Assembly (NCBI GenBank): GCA_963737905.1 | Contig: CAVTUQ010000028.1 | Location: forward strand, 32,001-96,000 | Direction of reading: 5' to 3' | DNA length: 64,000 bases | Source of the DNA: an uncultured delta proteobacterium | GTDB lineage: Bacteria; Desulfobacterota; Binatia; UBA9968 | Part shown: positions 40,622-50,036 of the stretch, piece by piece | Position numbering within the stretch: the first letter of the stretch is position 1 | Layout of the letters: every line of letters starts with the position of its first letter | Translations under genes and position numbers: made by a program | The notes under the pieces: generated by a model | Database searches by the model: none | What the model saw: the letters and a program-made list of their open reading frames with translations, nothing else | Told to the model about the DNA's origin: nothing

Positions 40622-41593
40622 TTAGCTATCGCTCAAGAGCCCGAATGTTTCGGGAGCGAAGAGCTCGCTCATTTCGAGCCTTCGCTCCGTCAAGCCCTGC
40701 TCGTAGGCATATAAGATCGCCGCCTCCAACGTCGGAAGATTCAGTTTAACGCCGTAAGGATAAAGGTCCGCGCCCATGGCTTGCTGAGCGTATTCAAGAT
40801 CGAGATTCATCCAGGGCAGGGGTGAAAGGCGCTCCTCAAGCCGGTCGTAGGATTTTTGCTTGGCCTTTTGAAAAGCCATCACCAGAGCCGTTGCGATGGA
40901 AGGATTTTTCTCATAAATCGCGCGCCGTAGCACTACCGTGTGCATGATTGGAAAGATTTTAGTTCGCCGATAGTACTCGGCCTCGACCTCCCTCGCATCC
41001 GCGAAGAGACGCCGTACGAAGGGCGATCCGCTTGTAAAACTTCGCGGAGGTGATGTGACGGCCAGCGCATCCAGCTTCCCCTCTTCCAATAGACCGTCGA
41101 GAGTCTGATCCTTTTCAATGTTATCGATCCGCAGGGTCGCCGGCGCTTTGATGGACACATGCTCGGACCGGCGCCGGAACCAATGGATGTCCTCCGGTAA
41201 AACGTTGTACTCATGCTTGAGCATGCCGCGAACGAACAGTAGTGCGGTCATCGAATAATCCGCGATGCCGACCCGTTTACCGACTAGATCTCGCGGCTCC
41301 CGGATACCGGATTCAGCATGGACCCAAATATAAGAATGCCGAAACACGCGGGACGGGAAGACGGGAATCGCCATAAACCTCCGGTCCCCATGTGCGAGCG
41401 CGATCATATAATTCGAGAGCGACATTTCAGAAACGTCGAACTCTTCCTTATTGAGCATGCGTAGAAAAATCTGCGATGGGGGCGAAAGGGTCACTACCTT
41501 GAGATCGAAGCCCCCGACGGGAACGGCGCCGTCCAAGAGCGCACGAGTGTGATCATAATCCTGCAATGCGAGCGTTATCGTAGGTCCTGGCAT
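40622..41593 (-). CDS. 4,5-dihydroxyphthalate decarboxylase-like / solute-binding-fold protein
   Basis: YDHTRAL, FDVSEMS, IPVFPSRVFRH, IFPIMH and YPYG motifs. Confidence 0.85.
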   Translation of the reverse strand: MPGPTITLALQDYDHTRALLDGAVPVGGFDLKVVTLSPPSQIFLRMLNKEEFDVSEMSLSNYMIALAHGDRRFMAIPVFPSRVFRHSYIWVHAESGIREPRDLVGKRVGIADYSMTALLFVRGMLKHEYNVLPEDIHWFRRRSEHVSIKAPATLRIDNIEKDQTLDGLLEEGKLDALAVTSPPRSFTSGSPFVRRLFADAREVEAEYYRRTKIFPIMHTVVLRRAIYEKNPSIATALVMAFQKAKQKSYDRLEERLSPLPWMNLDLEYAQQAMGADLYPYGVKLNLPTLEAAILYAYEQGLTERRLEMSELFAPETFGLLSDS

Positions 41594-41797
41594 CTTATCC
41601 TCCGAGATAACTCTAAAATCGTGGAAACGCTCCCTCTGTTATCAAAAAAATCCTCGGCAAGATACCCCGGAGTAGAATGTGCTTGACAGGCGTCCTGCCA
41701 CCGCCCTAGTCTTCGTTAGGCTACTCTCGCTTTGGATTGCGCTCTGAGGCAGGTGGATCTCTAAGCTTTCGGACAAAAAACAATTGGGAGGATAAAA

Positions 41798-42313
41798 ATG
41801 CCGAGAATCGTGTTGGATCTAAATCAAGCCGACGATCTAAAAAAGGTAAAGGGACAGTGGCGGGTTGGACCCGGGCTGGTGCCGGGAGAGCCCAACGAGG
41901 GACTCAAGGCGCAGTTGCTGAACACTCCGGCGCGCCTCCCGGATTATGATGACTCCGGCTGGCAGATCTGCACTAACATTCGCAAGAGCCTCTCCGTAGG
42001 TTTTACTTTTGCTTGGTACCGCATCACCGTCGAATTACCCGGACAAGTTGATGGTAGGGCGCTAGCCGACTCCCGGGTGTTTTTCGAGACGAACGTCGAT
42101 AACTATGGCGAGATCTGGGTCGATGGCAAGATCGATCGGGCGGCGGGTGTCATCGCCGGCATCAATGCCCAGCAAAGGGTGGAGGTCAGCCCCAAAGCCC
42201 TGCCGGGAGCCAAGCATGTAATCGCCTGTCTGGTGGCGAACGGCCCGCTGGCCGAGCCGCGCGGCGGTATTTTTATGCGCTACGCCGCACTCGCGTTTGA
42301 ATCCCGCGACTAG
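41798..42313 (+). CDS. Hypothetical protein, galactose-binding-like beta-sandwich
   Basis: DYDDSGW, AWYR and VDNYGEIWVDG resemble glycoside-hydrolase sugar-binding domains; GGAGG RBS. Confidence 0.6.
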   Translation: MPRIVLDLNQADDLKKVKGQWRVGPGLVPGEPNEGLKAQLLNTPARLPDYDDSGWQICTNIRKSLSVGFTFAWYRITVELPGQVDGRALADSRVFFETNVDNYGEIWVDGKIDRAAGVIAGINAQQRVEVSPKALPGAKHVIACLVANGPLAEPRGGIFMRYAALAFESRD

Positions 42314-42545
42314 GGGCGACTGAGGGCTTAACGGGCACGAGGAAAACACCAATCAACGCGATGCTTGGCGGCTTCTTAGACTTGCAAGATGCCGTGCTGC
42401 GGAATAAAAGTAAACTCTCAGCTTCGAGCAACGAACCGGTGAATTGCTAAGGTGACGGAAAGTAGCATAAACCCAAACAGCGAGGAAACAAGACACATCG
42501 ATATCCAAACGAACACCTCCGAACTTGAGGTGCATGAGGTTAGCC

Positions 42546-43404
42546 ATGGGTGAATATTCTAATGAAGATGTTGGCAACATCGTCCTCCTGGAGCATGTAA
42601 ACGTTCAGGTTCCGGATCAATCTTTGGCGATGATGTTTTATATCGTCGGGATGGGGTTTACTCGGGATCCCTACTTGAATATCGGTCTTGGCAACATGTG
42701 GGCGAACGTTGGTGAACAGCAGTTTCACCTCCCTACGCGGCCAGCACAGGTCATTCATGGGCACATAGGCGTCGTTGTGCCTGATCTTGGCACCCTGAAG
42801 GACAGACTGGCATCCGTACAGGGAGGTCTGGCAGGTACACAGTTTAGTTGGTCCGTTGAGGCCGACCATATTGCAGTCACCTGTCCCTGGGGAAATCGGC
42901 TTTAAATGCTATCCCGCTGGTCCCGACTTTGGTGATATGGCGCTGGGGATTCCTTATGTGGAGTTCCTGGTCGCGCCGGGCCGCGCCGCAGGGATCGCTC
43001 GCTTTTACGACCAAGTTTTGGGCGCGCCATCGACAACCGAGTCCGGCAAACAGGGAGCCATCGGTCGAGTGCAGATAGGTCGGAATCAGTCGTTGGTTTT
43101 CCGGGAAACCCAAGAACCGCTAGGCGATTATGACGGACACCACATCGCCATCTATGTGGCAAATTTCTCCCGAGCCTATGGCTACCTGAAGGATCGCGGC
43201 CTGATTTCGGAAGATGTGCGCAACCATCAATATCGCTTTAAAGAAATTATCGATCCCGACGATGGTCGTTGCGTCTTTCTCGTCGAGCACGAAGTTCGAA
43301 GCTTACGCCACCCGATGTTTCGCCGATTTCTCGTCAACCGGGATCCGGCACAAACTCAACGCGGCTACCGCCGGGAAAGAGACGCGCTGATTCCGTATCA
43401 GTAA
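42546..43404 (+). CDS. VOC/glyoxalase-like protein, one apparent frameshift near 42900
   Basis: LEHVN, QFHLP, GHIG and CPWGN continue in the next frame with HHIAIY and EHEVRS. Confidence 0.7.
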
Positions 43405-43442
43405 CGGGTAGGTAGAACCGTCCTATAAGCCTGTCCAAAAAG

Positions 43443-44564
43443 TCACAGAATCTGCCGCGTCAGATCTAGGTTTGCCGTGAACCGGTCAGCGGGGGGAAGT
43501 TCCGACCTGGCGTTGTAGATCACCAGCGGTATGTCCGATTCATGCAGCGAACCGTGCGAACGATAACCGGGCTCGAGATCCTCCATTGGACTTGTGAGAT
43601 CACCAAAGACTGTATCGGCATCGCCAATAACGACCAACTCACCGATACGTTCCGGCATGAGATCAAATTGAGTTGCAGCTTCATGGCGAGAAAGTACGGC
43701 TTCCACGCCTTTCAACCCCGTTAGTGTCTGAGCGACTCTGGCTTCGTCCCGTGGCGATTTAAGCCACACCCAAGCGGCCCCACCAAAAGTTCGGTGATGC
43801 TTGATGTAGCGATCTTTTTCGGCGGAAAGAGCAAATCGCACCTCGGTTCCTAGCTCGCGGCAGGCTCTAAACAGATCCCAACAGCGCGTCTTATAGTTCA
43901 TCCCGTGGTCGGCGGTAATTAAGAAGGCGGCGTCGGGGGCAGCCTCCATGGCTTCACCCAAGAGACGATCCAGCTCGGCCAAATGCTCTTTCGACTCCGG
44001 TGCTTCCGGCGCCCAGGCATGCATCGGGTAATCCGTGGTGTGGACGTACAAGAGACCGATATCGGGACGGTGCTTGAGAATGTCGATGGCAACTTCCCAA
44101 AGCCAATAGTTTATCTCGCGGCTGTAAATGTTCGCCGGGTTGCCATAACGTTCCGCCCACTCCGGCGGCGGTGCCTCCGCGGCCACCGCAATCTCGGTGC
44201 CCCTTCCCAAGAGATGAATGGTTTTTACTTTGCACGTCAGCAGCGCCGACCTTACGCCGGCGCTGGCCGCCCGTTGAATGATTGTGGGGACCCGAATGAA
44301 ATCGGCGCTTTCCATGTAATCAGCCTCGCCGGTCTGCTCGTTGAAATACGAGTTCCCCGTGATGCCGTGTTCTTTAGGCCATGCGCCGCAACAAATGGAC
44401 GCGTTGTTGGCATTTGTCACGGTTGGAAAAACCGCATTCACTCGCTTGAAAAAACCCCGCTGCCCCATGAACTTGAGCGACGGCAACGCGTTCGCTTCGA
44501 GGTAGTCCATGCCGAATCCATCGTACATGCCGATAACGATACGTTGCTTTCCAATAAGGGTCAT
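43443..44564 (-). CDS. Phosphonoacetate hydrolase-like protein (alkaline phosphatase superfamily)
   Basis: DG, FPTVTNANN, HGITGN, TTDYPMH, TADHGM and RSHG metal-ligand motifs. Confidence 0.8.
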   Translation of the reverse strand: MTLIGKQRIVIGMYDGFGMDYLEANALPSLKFMGQRGFFKRVNAVFPTVTNANNASICCGAWPKEHGITGNSYFNEQTGEADYMESADFIRVPTIIQRAASAGVRSALLTCKVKTIHLLGRGTEIAVAAEAPPPEWAERYGNPANIYSREINYWLWEVAIDILKHRPDIGLLYVHTTDYPMHAWAPEAPESKEHLAELDRLLGEAMEAAPDAAFLITADHGMNYKTRCWDLFRACRELGTEVRFALSAEKDRYIKHHRTFGGAAWVWLKSPRDEARVAQTLTGLKGVEAVLSRHEAATQFDLMPERIGELVVIGDADTVFGDLTSPMEDLEPGYRSHGSLHESDIPLVIYNARSELPPADRFTANLDLTRQIL

Positions 44565-44753
44565 AGAGCGATCAACTTTCCAGGATTGTAAAGTATTATC
44601 CTAGTTTATCCACTCGCATCAAGGCGCGCCCAGCATTCTTGCAGTGAGGCAACAAAGCGGTGGCTCCTGTGCTACACTGAAAGCGATCATGCCGACCGCC
44701 GCTGTTAACAAAACCCGACGTTTCTCAGATGCTCGTCGGAGGAAGGCTCTACG

Positions 44754-46313
44754 ATGAAGAACCGCGATCTGCAGGCCACGTGGGCTTATCATGATGAAAC
44801 CAAGCACTCTCATGAGAGCATTCGAACGAATCGCCATTATTTGGACTGGGAGAACCAGCCGATTCCCTTTAAAATCTATTCCAAGCTGGAGCCCATGGCT
44901 CTGCCCCAAGACCTATCCTCCTCGGGGATGACCGCGATCGAGGCGATTTCGAGTTTGGAAGGCCCGACAAACAATCAAGTCGTTCCCTCGATTCAAACCT
45001 TGGCGGAAATCCTCTATCTATCTGCAGGCATCACCAAACGCAGGAGCTATCCCGGAGGCGAGATCCTTTTTCGCGCAGCCGCTTGCACAGGAGCGCTGTA
45101 CCATATCGACTTGTATCTCATCTGCGGCGATCTGGGGGATTTGGAAGCGGGAGTCTATCATTTTGGCCCGCAGGACTTTGCTCTGCGGCGGCTGCGTGAT
45201 GGAGAACACCGTAATGCCCTGGTAGAGGCGAGCGGAAGAGAGCCTGCCATAGCCCACGCCCCGGCTATCATCGTCTGCGCTTCGACTTACTGGCGCAATG
45301 CCTGGAAGTACCAGTCGCGCGCCTATCGGCATTGCTACTGGGACACCGGCACAATCCTCGCTAATCTTTTAGCCGCCGCGGCCGCGCGTCGGATGCCGGC
45401 GCGAATCGTCCTCGGCTTCATCGACGGGACGGTGAGCCGACTTCTCGGTCTGGATGCAACGCGAGAGGGCGCTCTTGCTTTGGTGGCGCTGGGCGACTTA
45501 CCGTCTCAGGCGAATGGATCGTCTACGCCTGTCGATCTTTTAACGTTCGAAACCGCGCCCCTTTCTAAAACTGAAGTGGACTATCCCGATATCCGGGCGA
45601 TGCACGAAGCGTCGTCGCTGGAAGGTGCCGCTGAGGTCATCGACTGGCGTAGTCAAGTATCAGCGGATGTTTCGCCGGCAACTGAAAGTCTCACTCCCAC
45701 TTCAGATGATCGCTTGATCGCCCTTCAGCCACTCGGCGACTCCGAGATTCCTCGGGATAGTCTCGAAGAGGTCATCCAGCGGCGCGGCTCCACCCGGCAG
45801 TTCGCCCGCGAGTCGATCAGCTTTGGACAATTGTCCACCATGCTTGACCGGGCGACGCGCGGGCTTCCAACCGATTTTCTCCGTCCGGAGGAAGCGCCCA
45901 TCAACGATCTCTATCTAATTGTGCATGCCGTGGACGATCTCTCTCCCGGCGCCTATGTTTTTCACCATGACAGCCGCGCCCTGGAGCTCCTCAAGGAAGG
46001 AGATTTCCGCCGCGAGGGAGGCTACCTCGGACTGGGACAGGAGATTCCTGCCGATTGCAGTGTGGACGTGTTCTTCCTGACAGATCTAACTAGAGTCCTG
46101 GAGCGATGGGGCAATCGGGGTTATCGGGCGGCTCAACTGGAGGCAAGCATAATGGGCGGAAAGCTATATCTCGCGGCCTATGCTCAAGGCCTCGGCGCCT
46201 CGGGGCTGACTTTTTTTGATGACGACGTGACGGAATTTTTCTCGCCTCACGCCGCAGGCAAAAGCGTTATGTTCTTGCTCGCCTTAGGTAAATCCGTCAG
46301 GCGGAGGATCTGA
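44754..46313 (+). CDS. SagB/ThcOx-family protein with tandem nitroreductase domains
   Basis: RAAACTGALY, WKYQSRAYR, RRGSTRQF, NRGYR and GLTFFDD motifs. Confidence 0.88.
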   Translation: MKNRDLQATWAYHDETKHSHESIRTNRHYLDWENQPIPFKIYSKLEPMALPQDLSSSGMTAIEAISSLEGPTNNQVVPSIQTLAEILYLSAGITKRRSYPGGEILFRAAACTGALYHIDLYLICGDLGDLEAGVYHFGPQDFALRRLRDGEHRNALVEASGREPAIAHAPAIIVCASTYWRNAWKYQSRAYRHCYWDTGTILANLLAAAAARRMPARIVLGFIDGTVSRLLGLDATREGALALVALGDLPSQANGSSTPVDLLTFETAPLSKTEVDYPDIRAMHEASSLEGAAEVIDWRSQVSADVSPATESLTPTSDDRLIALQPLGDSEIPRDSLEEVIQRRGSTRQFARESISFGQLSTMLDRATRGLPTDFLRPEEAPINDLYLIVHAVDDLSPGAYVFHHDSRALELLKEGDFRREGGYLGLGQEIPADCSVDVFFLTDLTRVLERWGNRGYRAAQLEASIMGGKLYLAAYAQGLGASGLTFFDDDVTEFFSPHAAGKSVMFLLALGKSVRRRI

Positions 46314-46334
46314 TGTGTACAGGAGCTAAGGGTG

Positions 46335-47445
46335 CTACACGATACTGAGCATGCGCTCGATGGGAATACGCGCCCGGTCGGCAAGACCCGGATCGACGGT
46401 GATTTCATGAATCCCGTCGCGCAAAGAAAGGTGGAGCTTGCGGAAGGTGTTTTGTTTCATATAGGCGCAAACCGCTTCTGGGCTGGCCGGGACTATCGTC
46501 TTACCGGGCGCGGCTTTGGACAATGGATAGATGTTACCGACTTCGGTTGCCATGATCACAACCTTTTGCGGCGTCTCGCGCACGAACTGCGCCATGCCTT
46601 GGGTGGAACGAAACTGCATCATGATGCGCGGGAGCCGTGCCCTGCGCCATCTGGCGCATGCAAGCGCTCGTGCAACCGCACTCGGGATGGACCACCACCG
46701 CAGCGTCCGGGTAATTCCGTTTTTGCATTTCTACATGGTAGGGGCGAATACGGTCGTGCACGTGACAGGCGCCCATCATGAGCCATAATCTTTCCAAGGA
46801 CTGATTTTGCTGCTCCAAAAGCTTGGCCGCGTAAAAACCCAGATAAACATCGGGAAGAAAAAGAATAGGTTGACCGGGATCGGAATTGGCCAACACATGT
46901 AATATGACTTTTGCGGCATTCGCCGATGCGCAGCAATAATCGCTCTCCGCCTTCACATCCAAATAGGTATTGACGTAACTGATGACGATCCCTCCAGGGT
47001 GTTCTCTCTTCCACCGACGAATTTTCTCCGGGTCGGCGTGGGCCGCCAGCGAGCAGAGCGCGCCCAGGTCCGGCGCCAGAACGCGCTGGTGCGGCTTTTT
47101 CATAATCGCCAGGATCTGATTCATGAACAGCACCGAAGCTTCCAACAGAATGTCGGCGTCGGACTCAGCACCCTTTTGGGCGAGATAAAGGGAATCGCCG
47201 ACGGCATCCGCGACATCCTGAATATCGCTGGGCGCGTAATTGTGCGCCAGAATGTAAGCGTTGCGTTCTCTTTTTAGCCGCCTGATTTCAGACTCGAGCC
47301 AGCGATGCTCCTCTGCCGGCACGTTGTCGCGATAGGCATCCGGGGAAACCGGCGGGACTTCGATGGGAGGAGCCAGGTCGACCTCATCGATCATTCGAAT
47401 CGCGTCTATAGCGGGGAAAATATCTCCAGATACCGGTGGGTCCAT
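46335..47445 (-). CDS. nadA: Quinolinate synthase, one apparent frameshift near 46625
   Basis: LAHNY, GDSL, CSLA, YVNT, CHVH and HPEC, then STQGM, TEVG and CAYMK in the second frame. Confidence 0.9.
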
Positions 47446-47661
47446 GCCTTTAAATACTATCTTACTACTAAATTTCTTGGAGACAACTGAAGGTCATTAA
47501 ACTCATTCGGAGGCAAGAACTTATAACCCTTTGCCCAAGCCGGGAATAACGCGCAATTCAGTCGACTTTCCCGAATCGAGGTCGTCTTCAATCCGTCTGG
47601 ACAAAGCCGATTAGCTCGTGTACCAAATATAGCATAGGCGCACCGCGTTAGAGAGCACCGA

Positions 47662-48801
47662 GTGACCTTGCCTTTATTAAACCTTGTCACATTACTGTCC
47701 GCCCTCTTGCTGTCAGCATGTGCCGGACTGCCGGTACGCGGCAGCGTGGGCGGGCAGACGATTGAAACCCGGGTAGATTCGGAAGTAGCGAGCTACTACC
47801 TGGCAAACTATCTGGCGGGAAAGCACACTGATCCCGCACTCGATAAGCGTATCGATCGCGTTTACCAGAGCGCTGACGGTGACTTGCCCGATCGCGCCGA
47901 ATTGAAACGTTTGAGTGATGAGTTCTCAGTCGATTTTGCAGCCCTGTATTTCGCTGACCGAATCGACCGCGATCCCATCAACCGTCGCTTTCGAAACGAC
48001 TTCGATCAAATACGCGATTACGTCCGCGAAGCCTTTCGTGAAGGTCATGTGAAATTGCCCGCCGCGGCGTCTGGCTATGAAGTGCTGTTTGTACCCACCT
48101 ATCTCTACAAGCGCCTTTCCTTTACCGGTGCCGATATGGCTGCTCCGCGGGCGGCGTTGCAACGGGTGGGGTTCATCTGCCAATTTGTCGAAACCGATGA
48201 TGACGGACCGGTCGAGACGAATGCAGATCTCGTGATCGCCGCCATTCGGGCTCGCGCGAAGAGCGGCCGCCGGCTGATTATTGTGAGCGCCAGCAAGTCG
48301 GGTCCTGAAGTCGCCCTGGCACTGACGAAGCTGGGGCCTGCTGAAACCCGTCATGTCGCAGCCTGGATTAACACGGTAGGCGCATTGCAGGGCAGCCCCG
48401 TGGCCGATGAAAACCTTGCGCCGGAGTTAGAATTCATCGTCGGTAAAGTGGACCCGGCGGGCAGGGAAAGCATAACGACCGCACGCAGCCGGCAACGATT
48501 CGATTCGTTTCGCATCCCTGAACACGTTCTTGTGGTCAACTACTTTGGCATTCCGGTCAGCGGCAGTATTTCTTTTTTTGCCCGCAGGGGCTTTTTCCCC
48601 TTGCGCAAGTACGGACCCAATGATGGCCTTGTGCTGTTGTCCGACATGATTATTCCACGCGGCGTGACGCTCGCTGAGCTAGGCAGCGACCACTTTCTGA
48701 TTAACGAGCACCTTGATGTTAAGAGCGTGGCCTTGGCGATAACGGTGGTCCGCTGGCTGGAAAACCCTGACCACACAATGTCGTCCATTCCGCGGGGTTA
48801 G
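47662..48801 (+). CDS. Putative lipoprotein with alpha/beta-hydrolase-like C-terminal domain
   Basis: Lipobox LSAC, SASKSG nucleophile-like elbow, NDG and DH motifs. Confidence 0.6.
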   Translation: MTLPLLNLVTLLSALLLSACAGLPVRGSVGGQTIETRVDSEVASYYLANYLAGKHTDPALDKRIDRVYQSADGDLPDRAELKRLSDEFSVDFAALYFADRIDRDPINRRFRNDFDQIRDYVREAFREGHVKLPAAASGYEVLFVPTYLYKRLSFTGADMAAPRAALQRVGFICQFVETDDDGPVETNADLVIAAIRARAKSGRRLIIVSASKSGPEVALALTKLGPAETRHVAAWINTVGALQGSPVADENLAPELEFIVGKVDPAGRESITTARSRQRFDSFRIPEHVLVVNYFGIPVSGSISFFARRGFFPLRKYGPNDGLVLLSDMIIPRGVTLAELGSDHFLINEHLDVKSVALAITVVRWLENPDHTMSSIPRG

Positions 48802-48863
48802 TATTAGAACCCCTCCCGGCTCGAGTATCTTCTTACTGAAGAGCGGAATGTTGGAGGGCAAGT

Positions 48864-50036
48864 CTAGGTGATCATCAGACCGAGACTTCTGAGCGCGGTA
48901 ACGATCTCGTCGGGCAAAACGGAGGGAGTCTTTCCCAGCGCGTGGCAAGTGATCAGAGCGTCTGCCGTCCTCTCGATGATGAAGGTCATGTCGATGGTGT
49001 GACGCAGGTTCGGTCCGCCGACGATGAGGCCATGGTTCTGCATGATTACGGCGGGGGCGTCCTTGACAGCCGCGCCAACGATGTCGGCAAGCTCACTGGT
49101 TCCGGGCATGATGAACGGGACGCGGGGAATCTCGCCGATGAATGCGGCCTCTGTCGAAATCGGCAGGAACGGGAGGCCGGTGAGACCCAAGATTGTTGCC
49201 TTCGGCGCATGGGAGTGGATCACCGCACCCATCTTCGGGTTGTTCCGGTACACCGCACAGTGGAGCAAGCGCTCGCTCGAGGGTGCATAGGGAAAATTGC
49301 CGATCGGATTGCCCTCGAGATCGATCCGCACCAACATATCTGGGCGAAGCAACCCCTTGAAGGACGAATTCGGTGTGATCCACGCCTCGTCTTTGTCCGG
49401 GATACGCACACTCACGTTGCCGCCCGTCGAAGTGATAAGTCCGTGGGCGTACATTTCCTCGACGGTGCGAACGACCTCATCGCGAATATCGCCAACGAGG
49501 ACTCTCCCCGCCCTGGCCCCCTCGCCGCTTGGAGCGGCCGTAGCGAGCACCCCCGCAGGCGGCGCATCCATCTGCGGGAGTGCCTTTTCCGCGGCCCGTT
49601 CGAAAACCGCATCGAGATCGCTGACCTCGGCTCGGGCCTCAGTGTAGAGGCGATTGAGATCTTTCTGAATGCGCTGCAGCGACATCGCCTTGATGGTGTC
49701 GCCGATGAACGACAGCTTGCCACTCATCGCCGCCTTCGGACCGTTCTCCCGTCCGGTAAACAGCTTGTCGAGAATGTCGGCTTTCATCTTCAAGGTGACC
49801 TGCGGCTTTTCCGGCGAATTGCCCACTCCACAATGCACCGCGCCCTTGTCGAAGTTGGTAAAGAAGGAGAGGTTCACGTCGTTGAGCTCGTAGCGAACCG
49901 TTATCTGCCGTCCTTCGGCGAACGAAAGGATCTTCTCATCGCGGCTCAGGCGCTGGCCGAAAATGCCCAAGAGTTGTTCCATCTGCGCGCGCACTTCCTT
50001 CGATCCGTCCGAACCGCGTCCCGTTCTGGCGTCCAT
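48864..50036 (-). CDS. SCP2-like domain plus class II aldolase/adducin domain (probable C-terminal part of a fusion)
   Basis: KAAMSGKLSFIGD (SCP2-like), GGNVSVR, PSSE, HSH and QNHG zinc-site motifs. Confidence 0.8.
   Translation of the reverse strand: MDARTGRGSDGSKEVRAQMEQLLGIFGQRLSRDEKILSFAEGRQITVRYELNDVNLSFFTNFDKGAVHCGVGNSPEKPQVTLKMKADILDKLFTGRENGPKAAMSGKLSFIGDTIKAMSLQRIQKDLNRLYTEARAEVSDLDAVFERAAEKALPQMDAPPAGVLATAAPSGEGARAGRVLVGDIRDEVVRTVEEMYAHGLITSTGGNVSVRIPDKDEAWITPNSSFKGLLRPDMLVRIDLEGNPIGNFPYAPSSERLLHCAVYRNNPKMGAVIHSHAPKATILGLTGLPFLPISTEAAFIGEIPRVPFIMPGTSELADIVGAAVKDAPAVIMQNHGLIVGGPNLRHTIDMTFIIERTADALITCHALGKTPSVLPDEIVTALRSLGLMIT

Noticed and set aside
44754-46313. RiPP (azole peptide) cluster around the SagB-like gene
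   Set aside because: No YcaO, precursor peptide or dedicated transporter adjacent.
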